64,000 nucleotides of DNA, from positions 1-64,000 of the forward strand of contig JALGPX010000001.1 in the NCBI GenBank assembly GCA_023515795.1. Reading direction: 5' to 3'. This DNA comes from Amoeboaphelidium occidentale (taxonomy: Eukaryota). The translations under genes and the position numbers were made by a program. Positions 31,840 through 43,700 of this stretch are shown here, piece after piece (the stretch's first letter is position 1; each line of letters begins with the position of its first letter). The notes beneath the pieces are model-generated. The model saw only the letters and a program-made list of their open reading frames with translations, had not been told where the DNA came from and ran no database searches.

Positions 31840-32945
31840 ATGCAGAATCCGGCGGAGCCTTTCGCTAAACCTGTGTGGGAATTATCTCCAGTTGAGGAGC
31901 AGTTGAGTGATGTCAGAAAGTATATGAAGGCTTTTCGCCTAATGAAGGAAAAGTTGCATGCTGTGCCCAATGAAAGCTTGCAGAATATGATCAAGTCTGA
32001 GTTTGACTGGAATGCGATCTCAATGATATACTTTTCTAACTTTATNNNNNNNNNNNNNNNNNNNATATGAAGGCTTTTCGCCTAATGAAGGAAAAGTTGC
32101 ATGCTGTGCCTAATGAAAGCTTGCAGAATATGATCAAGTCTGAGTTTGACTGGAATGCGATCTCAATGATATACTTTTCTAACTTTATTGAAAACTGCGG
32201 ACTCTCAAGCGAAGAAACTTACAAACTATGTTTTGATCATTTGAAGAAGTCGCCTCCGAGAAGCCCAAATGATGAAGACGTTATGGCGCAGACGATACCA
32301 TGTCCTGAAACAACCTCGAAGGGTAAAAGAAGTCGAGATAAAGTCGTTCAGCACATGGATGCGTTTTTATATTTGCATGATCGTCTAATTGTTCAGAATC
32401 GACCTTTGAGTGAACGTCTGACTCTGAATGCGCACAAGATATTGATGAATGGTCTTGTTGAAGGAGCAGGATGTTATCGAAATTGCCCAGTTTATGCCGG
32501 AAATCATCAATTTCCGCCTGAAGATTGTGTTCCTGGTGCCATGTCTGCTCTCATTGAAAACTACAATGCACAGTTGAAACAGTTGAAAGAGGAACCGGAA
32601 GAGACTAGGCAACCAGTTTACCTGGCTGCGAAATTGTCGTACGACTTTGTCACTATCCATCCTTTTGTTGACGGAAATGGACGCCTGTGTCGACTGTTGC
32701 TGAACACTGCACTTTTGTCTATGTCTGTGCCCTTCTGTTCTGCGCTTGGTTATTCCTCTGGTCACAAGAAAGCTAGATCGCATTACTTTAAATGCATCGA
32801 TCATGCACGCATGATAATGGGATCTACTACGCTACTAGCAAGTGTTGTGTTGTATTCTTATTGTGCAGTGTCTGCTGCTTTCTTTGAAAATGTTCGTCTG
32901 GTGTTTCCAGCCTATTACTTTCTAAAGCAGGATTCACAAGTGTGA
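31840..32945 (+). CDS. Fic-domain protein (AMPylase); ~120 nt duplicated across the N gap 32046-32064
   Basis: Canonical HPFVDGNGRLCR; N-terminal SNFIEN fits the inhibitory (S/T)xxxE(G/N) motif; GCYRNCPVYAG flap. Confidence 0.88.
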
Positions 32946-32969
32946 TGTCCACGCTTGTAATTAATTGTT

Positions 32970-34004
32970 ATGTCGCAGCCTAAGGTCAAATCTGTTATAA
33001 CTAGAATAAAATCTTTTTATCTTCTTGCTTCACGATCATCCCTGGAAACATCATCAACATATCCTATGGACAAAGTCTTTAGTAAATACTCTAAAGAAGC
33101 GCGCGATCTTTATGTTGGAGAACACATAAAAGTCCTGAAAGAATGCCCGGATGCGTTATTGTTTAGTAGATATGTAAGGAAGCGTATCCCATTCATTGTG
33201 AAAGGAGGAGCCAAAGATTTTGATGCATACAAGCTCTGGATGACAAATGATTCTTTCAAAGATCGACTGAGAGGTTCCAACGTACATGTGGCAGTTGTAC
33301 CCGATGGTTTCGCTGATGCGATTAAAAGAACGTCTGAAGGTGCCGTGTTTGCGTTACCTTACGAAGAGGAAATGTTATTCGAAGAGGCTATTGATATCAT
33401 CGCAAAGCAAAACACTTTAGAACAGAAAGACGGTCCTGTTTATTATGTTCAGTCTCAAAATAACAACATGACATCCCTTCCTCTTCTCTACAGAGACGTT
33501 CCGAAAGAAATTGTATGGGCTTCAGAATGTTTTGATCAAAAGCCAGACGCTGTTAATATTTGGGTTGGCTCGAGTCGAAGTGTCACATCATTGCATAAGG
33601 ACAATTATGAGAATGTATTTTGCGTGTTACGCGGGAAAAAGATCTTTCACTTATACACTCCGCTAGATGCACCTTTCATAAAGTATGAGGATTATCCTGT
33701 TGCAATTTATGACAAGGACTTGAATCTAAGAAGAGTTGATGGCCAACAGACACGATGGTGTAGTTTACGTGATGATATCAGAACTTCGGAAGCTCCAAAG
33801 CCTTTAGTGGTTGAGATTGAAGCGGGAGATATTCTTTTTTTGCCCAGTCTATACTTTCACGAAGTGCATCAGGTAGAAGACCACGAAGGTCTTTGTGTTG
33901 CTGTAAATTATTGGTACGATATGGATTACGGAGAATCCTGGTGTTTCATGAATAGTTTGCTGGAGATATCCGATGCGCATTTTAAAGGATCTTTAAATCA
34001 GTGA
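32970..34004 (+). CDS. JMJD7: JmjC hydroxylase, JMJD7-like (start may be 33066)
   Basis: YVQSQNNN, DAVNIWVG...VTSLHKDNYEN, LFLPSLYFHEV, AVNYWYDM. Confidence 0.88.
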   Translation: MSQPKVKSVITRIKSFYLLASRSSLETSSTYPMDKVFSKYSKEARDLYVGEHIKVLKECPDALLFSRYVRKRIPFIVKGGAKDFDAYKLWMTNDSFKDRLRGSNVHVAVVPDGFADAIKRTSEGAVFALPYEEEMLFEEAIDIIAKQNTLEQKDGPVYYVQSQNNNMTSLPLLYRDVPKEIVWASECFDQKPDAVNIWVGSSRSVTSLHKDNYENVFCVLRGKKIFHLYTPLDAPFIKYEDYPVAIYDKDLNLRRVDGQQTRWCSLRDDIRTSEAPKPLVVEIEAGDILFLPSLYFHEVHQVEDHEGLCVAVNYWYDMDYGESWCFMNSLLEISDAHFKGSLNQ

Positions 34005-34029
34005 ATACCGATGTTGTTTCAGCTTTTTG

Positions 34030-35679
34030 ATGGCTCAAAAATCCAACTTGGAATGGACACAAATTCATAGAACACTTCGGCCTTTTAGATCAAAGCTTCA
34101 GGCCTTCAATAGAATTACCAATTTACCTTCAGGTGCTGTTGCGCAGTCGTCTCCTGATATAAATGATGCTCCCATTTTATTGCCTGCAATTGAGAAACAG
34201 TACTCTGTCGAAACTCCTGCGCTAACAGAAGATGGGTTCAAGCGGCCTACGAAACGGTACAAGAGGAACCATTCCGGTAAGAATGCGTTGGTTTCAAGCA
34301 ACATATTCCAGAAGCAGAAGAAGTTGGCCTTGAAGTACTCAAAATTATCTTCTCCTGTTAGAGCTCATGTCTTGTACTTATCTTCAATATTCAAGGAAAG
34401 CATGCAAAAGTACGCACCAAATTTATCTACTCAGAGATCGAAGATCAATAGCTTAAGTGAACTATGCTCGTTCGTTATCGGCGATCACATTGAGAATGCA
34501 GACGAAGATGGAGCTCAAGAGGAAATTTATGAAAGCATTCCGAGTCACTTTAGGTCAAGCATCCTGGTTCAACATATTGTACGCTTATGTATTGATCATA
34601 TGAGTTCGGCACCTGATAGTTTACTGGAATTACTGGATATTTGTTTTGAAGTGGGAGCTCAATATCAGGCCATGTCGCTGATAGAGGCCATGCTATCATT
34701 TCGAAAGCTGCCTAATTGTGATTCCTTGTTTTGGCTATATTCAGTCGGAAGAAAGATTAACCGAAGCTCTGCTCTTGTTAAAAGTCTAATAAGCAGTTTG
34801 AATGTTTATAAGTGCTTGCAGAATGGTTTGATCCAATTTTGTAATAGCATACCATCGTGTAGTCATTCTTATTGGATTTCACAGGCAGTTTTATCTCTCT
34901 TGTGCAATTTAGAAGTTGAAGTCAAAAAAGATAAGCTTATGGCCTGGTCTTCTGTCTTTGTTTCAAGGTGTCTTATTGCAGCAGACTCAAAAGAACTCAA
35001 CAAGAGAGAATTGATGAAAGATATCAAAGGTTTTATGGGAAATGATAAGATCCGGAAGACGGATAGTACTCTATTTGGTTTCAGTTTGGCCCTGTATTAT
35101 CTCGATGATTCTCCACGTGATTACGTTTCAGGAATTATCAAATTTTTTACACAAATTTCATCCAACTCGGCATCTTATATTATTTTTTGCTTTCAGTCTC
35201 AAGAACGTCTTATCAAGCTATTACAGAAACTAGAGAAAGATGACTTTTCTGTTTTGGCCTGGAAAATCTTAAAATCCTTTCTGACGAGCTCAAGCAATAA
35301 CGAAAACGACGACAATCTAGAACTCATTGATCTTGAGTTGATTCTCCAGTCGAAACTTAAATCATCAAATGAATTCAAGCATTTGCTCACAGAAAGCGAG
35401 AATATTGTCTGGGTTTCTGATGAGTTGGATAGAGAAATATTATTTAGCGGACCTTTGCAGTCAGAAGGCGCTTTCATTAAAACACCAGCACCGAAACAAA
35501 ATCAGCTCGCAGAAGTTCCATTATCTGATTGTCTATTTGATGCAAATGACAGTCCATCTGTGCCAATGTCAGACTCTGTTGACAATTTGTTCATGAGCCC
35601 ACTTGAACGGAAAATCATCAAACCAAAAAGAATAAGAACAGTACTTGCAAGTCCTTCATCTGGTTTCCTTGATTTCTGA
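34030..35679 (+). CDS. Hypothetical protein (~549 aa)
   Basis: Long uninterrupted ORF; no recognised domain. Confidence 0.7.
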   Translation: MAQKSNLEWTQIHRTLRPFRSKLQAFNRITNLPSGAVAQSSPDINDAPILLPAIEKQYSVETPALTEDGFKRPTKRYKRNHSGKNALVSSNIFQKQKKLALKYSKLSSPVRAHVLYLSSIFKESMQKYAPNLSTQRSKINSLSELCSFVIGDHIENADEDGAQEEIYESIPSHFRSSILVQHIVRLCIDHMSSAPDSLLELLDICFEVGAQYQAMSLIEAMLSFRKLPNCDSLFWLYSVGRKINRSSALVKSLISSLNVYKCLQNGLIQFCNSIPSCSHSYWISQAVLSLLCNLEVEVKKDKLMAWSSVFVSRCLIAADSKELNKRELMKDIKGFMGNDKIRKTDSTLFGFSLALYYLDDSPRDYVSGIIKFFTQISSNSASYIIFCFQSQERLIKLLQKLEKDDFSVLAWKILKSFLTSSSNNENDDNLELIDLELILQSKLKSSNEFKHLLTESENIVWVSDELDREILFSGPLQSEGAFIKTPAPKQNQLAEVPLSDCLFDANDSPSVPMSDSVDNLFMSPLERKIIKPKRIRTVLASPSSGFLDF

Positions 35680-35683
35680 TTTA

Positions 35684-38600
35684 TTATGCATAGGTGGTTT
35701 TCTTTTCTACCAGACCTCGAGCTTGTTGACCATTTTTTGGATTATTTAGATTTAAAGAAGAAGAATCTGCTGTACTCTGGATGTGATTCTCATTGTAAGA
35801 CAGTAAACAGTCAGGAAATAGATAAACTGGATCTTCAAACAGCTTTCGTATTTTCTGTCCGCTAGCATCAGCATTGTACCTCTGCTTCCCTCGTCTTAAA
35901 TCACCTCGTTTGTCCTTAAGTAAATTTCCAGTCAAATGTAAATTAGGAATTTCCCATGTGCCGGAACTTTCGTTGTACTTTGAGTTTTGCTCAGTATATC
36001 TTCTGTATACTTCTGGAATGTAAGTCTTGACCATTAATGTTTTTAGCTTCAAATCAGAAATCAGTCTTTGAGCAGTTTCTTTGAGAATTTCTTTATCGCG
36101 GTCAATAGATTCTTGCACGTCTAATATTTCCTGCTTTTCTTTCATAACCAAGTTCCAAAGTTTCTTTAGCTTTTCAGTCTTTGCATTAGCCTCCTCTTGA
36201 AGAGATGAAAATGATTCTTCTGATTTCAGAATAGCCATTTCCTGCTCTTGGAGCTTTTTTCTCAAATCTTCTTCTCTTTTTCTTTGCTCCTCCAAGTTAG
36301 CGGACTGCTGTTTCAATTGTTGCTCGTGTTCCTGCANCTTTCGTATTTTCTGTCCGCTTGCATCAGCAATGTACCTCTGCTTCCCTCGTCTTAAATCACC
36401 TCGTTTGTCCTTGAGTAAATTTCCAGTCAAATGTAAATTAGGAATTTCCCATGTGCCGGAACTTTCGTTGTACTTTGAGTTTTGCTCAGTATATCTTCTG
36501 TATACTTCTGGAATGTAAGTCTTGACCATTAATGTTTTTAGCTTCAAATCAGAAATCAGTCTTTGAGCAGTTTCTTTGAGAATTTCTTTATCGCGGTCAA
36601 TAGATTCTTGCACGTCTAATATTTCCTGCTTTTCTTTCATAACCAAGTTCCAAAGTCGTTTTAGCTTTTCAGTCTTTGCATTGGCCTCCTCTTGAAGAGA
36701 TGAAAATGATTCTTCAGATTTTAGAATTGCCATTTCCTGCTCTTGAAGCTTTTTTCTCAGGTCTTCCTCTCTTTTTCTTTGCTCCTCCAAGTTAGCGGAC
36801 TGCTGTTTCAATTGTTGCTCGTGTTCCTGCAATTGGTCAATCAAGTTTACTCCACCAANTGAGTTTTGCTCAGTATATCTTCTGTATACTTCTGGAATGT
36901 AAGTCTTGACCATTAATGTTTTTAGCTTCAAATCAGAAATCAGTCTTTGAGCAGTTTCTTTGAGAATTTCTTTATCGCGGTCAATAGATTCTTGCACGTC
37001 TAATATTTCCTGCTTTTCTTTCATAACCAAGTTCCAAAGTTTCTTTAGCTTTTCAGTCTTTGCATTAGCCTCCTCTTGAAGAGATGAAAATGATTCTTCT
37101 GATTTCAGAATAGCCATTTCCTGCTCTTGGAGCTTTTTTCTCAAATCTTCTTCTCTTTTTCTTTGCTCCTCCAAGTTAGCGGACTGCTGTTTCAATTGTT
37201 GCTCGTGTTCCTGCAATTGGTCAATCAAGTTTACTCCACCAACTAAGAGTTTTGCTTGCATTTGTTCCAACTTTTTTGCTAAAGCTTCCCTCTCCTGTTT
37301 TTCTTTCTCTAGCTCAGCAGATCTTACGTTCAACGCCTCCAGTAGCTTCCTCTTCTCGTCTTCTAGCATTCCTTGCTCTTTCATTAATTCTGACTTTTCT
37401 TTCGCCAAATTGTCTTCTAATTCCAACAATTGAGCATCAGAGAATTTTCCAATATCCCGAGCAGCTTCTATTTGCTCACCCTGTGGTTCTTGATTTCCAT
37501 TTTCTAAACCAGCAAGTTGCTCTTTGAGTCTTTGAATTTCGTCTTGGAACTCCCGAAGCATCGCATCCTAACAATCAGGATATCTGTGTTAATAGGCTTA
37601 CCTTTGGATCTTCGTTGATCTTTGGTTGATTCTTGATTTGCTTAGCTCGATTAGCGTATCTTAATGTACTCAAACTCTCGTCAAAATTGTACGAGACAGG
37701 TGAAACTGTGGCTACCATTACGGTCTTTGAGTTTCCACCTAAAGAATCCATCAGAAGTTTTGTAAGTTTGCTATCTCTGTAAGGCACGTGTCTTGTCTTT
37801 CCTTCAGATAGGGCAGCAATGACGTTACCCAGAGCAGTTAAAGACAAGTTTATCTTCGCAGCCTCTTTCAGACGATCTCCAGTAGCTTGCGTTTTTGCTT
37901 GACGTTCGCTTCCTGCTAAATCAACCAAATGCAATTTCCCCACTTTAATATGTTCTTTTCCGTTATTATTTGCGGGCTCTGTTTTAGCCATTTCTACTGT
38001 AACCGTGAAAATCGAGTGACTTCTAGATGAGAAATCATTCAAACCCGTGGAAGCAGTAGCTCTACGATCAATACCCGTTTTTAACAATTTAAGCATTTCG
38101 AACTCATTCTGAACCACAAAAGTACTTCCATCTTTAACGTAGAATCCGCCATTGGGACTTTCCTTCAACTCGAGTCTCTTTGTCGAAGGTTGAAACAGAT
38201 CTCTAATTTCCTCGTTATAAATCTCAAAGAAACTTGCGCGAACTAAGAATCGAGTGGATGCATTTCCCTGTGTGTTAATGTAAGAGAAGATTTGATTAAT
38301 CGCTCTTGGAATGATACCATCAAGTTCTTGGATCAGAGTACCATCTCTTCTCGCTAGATCGCCAGCACCCAGCACAGAGAACGTCTTACCGGAACCACTT
38401 TGCCCGTAAGCAAATAGTGTCCCTTAACAATTAAATCATCATGCTTTAACAAAATACCATTGTAACCATGAAGAACAGCATCGACTAAAGGATACGCGGT
38501 CTTTTCGTACAGTTGAGACTGAGCACACTCAGGCCCAAATACATCATCAAACGTAAATTGCTTTGAATCCTCTTTTTTATCAGGATGAGCTAACTGTATT

Positions 38601-38763
38601 GATCTTAACTGTCCATCAATCTTCACTGAGACAGGATGCTTGTTCAACTTTTCTGTTTCAGATATTGGTCTACACCTCACAACGACCTTAACAGATTCTT
38701 CCTTAGATTTAGTATTGCTGATCTAACCACAAGATAAGACTCGAATGATCCTGAATGTACCAT
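35684..38763 (-). CDS. Kinesin-2 (KIF3-like) motor subunit, 4 exons; stalk triplicated by assembly
   Basis: [53 protein letters not shown] and KLLVGG are kinesin-2 features. Introns 38723-38760, 38423-38457, 37568-37601. Confidence 0.9.
35843..37240. repeat. Three near-identical overlapping copies of the kinesin stalk, separated by single Ns (36337, 36859)
   Basis: Copies 35843-36336, 36338-36858 and 36860-37240; the middle copy differs by mostly synonymous SNPs. Likely uncollapsed alleles. Confidence 0.85.
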
Positions 38764-38977
38764 GATCTTTCACTGTGTTCCAAAAGAAAACTAGGCGTCT
38801 AAGTTTCTGTTGGATCTGTTTCCATAGCAACACCCTCATTTGAGCGGTAAATGCAGGACTACTGGGCAATATCGAAGCACTGATGGCTACGAAGAAAGTT
38901 CTATTCGATGAAATAGATGATGAAACTGACACGATGGTTCACTTGCTCGTATTCCTAAAACTAAAAGCCTTTATTGT

Positions 38978-40189
38978 TCAAACATCATACTCCTCGATTT
39001 CTGCGTACAAGTTAACCAGAAATTCAAAGAATGAATTAGCAAATAGGACATTCAAGTGATCAACTTTCTCGTCAACATGAAAACTTCCGGAACCTGTGGA
39101 ATTGTACTGTTGGAAAATTACCTCTTGTTGTCTTAGCCAAATCTTTTTTAATTCTTCTGCAGTGTGTTTAGGCGTGAAACTCAATTCAAACAGCCCAGCG
39201 ACATAAGAATGAACAGGAATATTAGTTGGTAATTTATCAGAATCAGAGTTCATTGCTTTCAAATAACCTAAAGACTCCTTCTCTGCAGAAAGCCACATTG
39301 AACTTGTCAAAATATTATCAATAATACAACTTGTGTCTTTCTTGAATAGTTCTTGTTCTTCCTTGTTCATTTGCTCAACAATGGAATGATCATCTTTGCT
39401 TTTAGCTGACCACAAAAAGAACTTCCAGAACAAAGGCATCAGAGTGATCATACGGGGAAATCCAGTAGCTAACAGATATCTGACATACTTGAACTTCTGA
39501 ATTAAGCCATTCTCATAGAAATTATCTCCAATACCATCAAAGATCAACTTGTGCATTCCATCAGCAAGAATCGCAGCTTTCACATTGAATTTAGCAGAAT
39601 AGTGAACCAAAAAACTACGAATAAAAACGGCACCCAATGAATGGCCACAAACTATAATTCCATCGTACTTGGAATTAATATCAAGTTCCTGTAGCAGTTG
39701 TGATAATTCATAACAAACAAGTTTTGGTGTGCGCTGTAACTCACACAAACCATTATCTTCCAGACCATAAGGATACGTTGAGTATCCATAGCCAACACGA
39801 TCATAAGATAGCGACGGAATACCAAGCTTTTCCAATTTACGTTGAACATGAAACCAAGCTCCGGAACTAAAAGTGCTTCCAGCTTCGAAAACGAACAAAT
39901 ACTTTCTGGCGATATTAGAAGAAGGCTGGGCCAAATGATAATAGAATTGTTGGACAGATTTTAGTTGCTTTGCGTCTACACTGGTGCTGCCTTCAAAGAA
40001 CTCTTCGGGGTATTGAATATCCAATGTGATCGTTGTACCAGGCGGTGGTGGATACTTCAATTTCCTTTTGGATATATAATAATTAACAAGTGCAGCGATA
40101 CCAGAAGTTGTGATAACCAAAGAAACAGGCACAGCGAACCCTCCAAAGTACAGCGTCTTTGCAACAACAATCAACGCCTTCTGGATCAT
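38978..40189 (-). CDS. Alpha/beta hydrolase with N-terminal membrane anchor
   Basis: VFEAG, SYDRVGYGYS, nucleophile elbow GHSLG; ATG at 40189. Confidence 0.85.
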   Translation of the reverse strand: MIQKALIVVAKTLYFGGFAVPVSLVITTSGIAALVNYYISKRKLKYPPPPGTTITLDIQYPEEFFEGSTSVDAKQLKSVQQFYYHLAQPSSNIARKYLFVFEAGSTFSSGAWFHVQRKLEKLGIPSLSYDRVGYGYSTYPYGLEDNGLCELQRTPKLVCYELSQLLQELDINSKYDGIIVCGHSLGAVFIRSFLVHYSAKFNVKAAILADGMHKLIFDGIGDNFYENGLIQKFKYVRYLLATGFPRMITLMPLFWKFFLWSAKSKDDHSIVEQMNKEEQELFKKDTSCIIDNILTSSMWLSAEKESLGYLKAMNSDSDKLPTNIPVHSYVAGLFELSFTPKHTAEELKKIWLRQQEVIFQQYNSTGSGSFHVDEKVDHLNVLFANSFFEFLVNLYAEIEEYDV

Positions 40190-40311
40190 CCTTTGAAGTA
40201 AAGGTAGGCAGCGACTTAACAGATTTAGATCGCATATGAGATGGTGCTCAAAGAGAGCGTAATGTTTTATTGAGGCAGATCTTAATAGTTTCACTAATTG
40301 GGTCCAAGAAA

Positions 40312-40563
40312 TCAGAATATGACACAACTTGAGGCATTCTTTGCGCTTTCCTTCATCTTCTCGTCTATCTTCCCTGTAAAGTATTGTTCCATTTCTTCTT
40401 TAGCTTTTGCTGAATGTCCCACATCATTGAAGTCCCTCGTTGCGTCCTTTCCATTGAGATCAGTCAGAACATCCCTTCCGCCAGGGTGTTCATCCAGAAA
40501 CTTTGTGACATTATACTCTTTTCCGTAAATGTAAATTGTGTACTGTTTTTCCTGTGTGGCCAT
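40312..40563 (-). CDS. Small cytochrome b5 heme-binding protein ending in CVIF
   Basis: GKEYNVTKFLDEHPGG and DATRDFNDVGHS with both heme His ligands. Confidence 0.9.
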   Translation of the reverse strand: MATQEKQYTIYIYGKEYNVTKFLDEHPGGRDVLTDLNGKDATRDFNDVGHSAKAKEEMEQYFTGKIDEKMKESAKNASSCVIF

Positions 40564-40782
40564 CGCTTTGATATTTTTCTGGCTTTAGTTTGAAGAAATC
40601 AATGAAAATTGTCAAAGAACTCGATCGCACAAGGCCAAACGAGGCACACGTGATACTCCACCAAACCTCCATGACGAGTTCTAGGAAAAGACAATTACAT
40701 AGATTTACCGGAAGATCGTAACGATCATATCACATTCGCTTCCGGTCTCTACGTCAAGTTGTTCAACAAACAACTTCCAACC

Positions 40783-43700
40783 ATGATCACTTCGTCAGTA
40801 CAGAACCAAATTAAAAAGGCAAACTCAACGTCTTATGAGATATCAAATAAGAAGGCATTGAGAGCTGCAACTACAGCTGAAACAAAGAATCTCAGCGGCA
40901 ATGATGATATTTATCCACACAAAGCTCTTGGTCACACTGTTACAAGTCCAGAACATTTTGACTACAACACTACAGAACAATTACTTGCTTATTTGGCTGG
41001 GCACAATTTGGTAATTTATGATTGTAAGAAAGCTAGACAAAGTTTTGTATTGAACTCAGACACTGTTCGTACTGCACACAAAGAGAGTGTTGTTGAAACG
41101 CAGCAGAATCCAACGCTGAAAAAATTTAGTTGTGTTTCATGGAGCTCTGATGGGTCTCTGGTTGTGGTTGGCGAGCTAGGCTTAGAGCCAAGAGTTATGG
41201 TGTTTAAATGTGTTGGTCAAAAGTGTGGTTTGGTCACTGTGATGAACTTGGAAGATGCAACTGGAGAAAAACTTCATGAAATAGTCAAGCTTAGATTCAT
41301 CGATAATGATGCAGCCCTGGCTATTGTGGCAAATACCAAGGAAGTCAATTCTGGTGGTGATCAGGCATCCTTGCTTTTGGTATCACAGTGGAAGAATTAT
41401 AGAAACAATACGATCGAAGTTCCTCTATTGAGTGGAAAACGAAGAGGGCATATTATAGACTTGCATTTACTTGAGAATGGTAAATGGTTCATTACTGGCA
41501 AAGGATTTTTAAGAATTATCGAGTTGGATGGAATGATCACCAGCGTTGCAGTTCCTGAAAAGTTCTTTGATGAACAAGAAATCACTTGCGTTTCTTCCGT
41601 TCAAGATAAAGTATTCCTGTTGGCTGAGTCCAAAAAGATTTTTGTAGTTGAAGATAATGTTGTCTCTAATTGGATTGAGCTGAAACTCGATGAAAATTAC
41701 GTATCTATTGGATGTAATCATGATGCTTTGACAGTTACCACAAAGAACGGAAGAACTCGTATATTTGAAACAAGCTCCTTGTACTCTGTCCTAAACACAG
41801 TTGATTCTGCTCAAGAAGGTGTTATCGAAGTAATGAAATCTCATGGAGATAAAATGCTAATGAAGTACGATGATGGTTCGCTAAGGTTAGCTGCATTCGA
41901 TGAAATCTCTTCCAAGACTATTAAAATTGATGGTTTGCCAGAAAAATTATTTGGTATATCTCCTAGCTCAAAAGATCATGATGTTTTGTATGGAAGCGAC
42001 AACAGTATCGTTGAATTCAACAATTTTAATAATAGCATAGAAAGACATATTTCGCTTGCTCAAAATTCAGAGGTTAGTGAGAGTGATCTGCGTGGTTTCA
42101 GATTAGTTAAAAGGTGTCGTAATTATCTGTTTGCTTGTGATAGACATGGAAATATTCTGGTTTACAATTATCTCAATCCCTCAATTTTGTATTGTAAAGA
42201 AGCAGTTCACGATTCTGAAATTTTGTGCATGGATCTTCTGCATTTAAAAGATGGAAATATGCTTGTTTTGACAGGAAGCCGAGATCGTAACGTTTTGCTT
42301 ATGGAATTCATTTATGATCACTCAGAGAAGAAGCACATTTTTAACGTCCTGAAGAAAATGTCTGATCATTCCTCGTCTATTACTGGAGTGAAGATTTGTA
42401 TACTTAAGACAGAAGATGCTGCGACCGTTCCAGAACTCAAAGACATTGTTGTAAAGATTGTATCATGTGGCTTGGATAAGAGTGTTATTTTCAAACAGAT
42501 TGATTTTAAAGACGAAGAACTGAAAATTATCAATCTTTCGACTAGCATCCTTAACNNNNNNNNNNNNNNNNNNNNNTCATTCCTCGTCTATTACTGGAGT
42601 GAAGATTTGTATACTTAAGACAGAAGATGCTGCGACTGTTCCAGAACTCAAAGACATTGTTGTAAAGATTGTATCATGTGGCTTGGATAGGAGTGTTATT
42701 TTCAAACAGATTGATTTTAAAGACGAAGAACTGAAAATTATCAATCTTTCGACTAGCATCCTTAACTCTGCTGCTGTTGACATGGTATTCGATCCGACCA
42801 ACAGATACTTTTGTGTTTCAACTCAAGATGGCCGCATTTATGTGTTCAACTTGCACTCAAATGCTATTGATCGAGTGTATGAAATGGACGCAGAAGGGAA
42901 AGCGACTGTTGTAAAGTTAAACACCATGAAGAGAATTAATCAGAGAACTCAAAATCAAACTTCAACATCAAACTCTCAAACGAAGATTACTTTCGATCCT
43001 TCTGGGTTTTATTTGTGTGTCAGCTTGAATGGAAGAAGGAGTTCAAAGCTTTCAATTATTCAATTCTTTTCGGGTAAGAATCTCATCATCTGACTGATTT
43101 TTAGGCAAAAATGAGTTAACGTTTGAATCTGGCCACGCTTCCACTATTACAGGCTTGCTTTGGAGAGAAGCAGGGAAAATAATTTCCGTTTCAATGGATG
43201 GTACCGCAGTCATTCATAAGGTCATAAATACTGAGATTTCGAATACCATCACTAACATCAAGACCGATTTAGTCAGGAGGCACTTGATCACTGAAATTTT
43301 AGATATATGGGAAAGCGATGAACCAGCTTTGAATGAATCCGCAAGTATTGCGAAAACGGAGGAGCCATTAGAGAAAAATATTTCAACAAAGAATCCATTT
43401 GCTGTTCCTGGAAATATGCCGAAATGGGCCAGGAAACTTCTCAAAGGTGAACAAGAGGAAAAAGAACAGCCCGAGAAAGTCCTTCGGGTGCAGGGAAAAT
43501 GGAGTAAAAATATTACAGCTGAAAAGATAGTTCTGAGCCACACATCGGAATGGCTTGGTGAAATGCCAATGAGTCCACCCTGCATACGAGTCAATCCACG
43601 CGATGAAGATAGGAAAAGATGGCGACAATATGTCTTTAGTTTCCCAAAAGAAGAAGAGGAAGAGTCTTCCAAAGCAGAGGATAATCAGATCGAGAAAACT

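Noticed and set aside
31280..31868. Small overlapping ORFs between the tetraspanin and Fic genes
   Set aside because: No motif, and no splice model joined them convincingly to Fic.
35684..37561. Kinesin with a genuinely triplicated stalk, or a tandem-repeat array
   Set aside because: Copies overlap unevenly and are joined exactly at single N characters, typical of scaffolding artefacts.
38978..40563. Cytochrome b5-hydrolase fusion
   Set aside because: Different frames, no convincing short GT-AG intron, and each ORF has its own plausible start and end.
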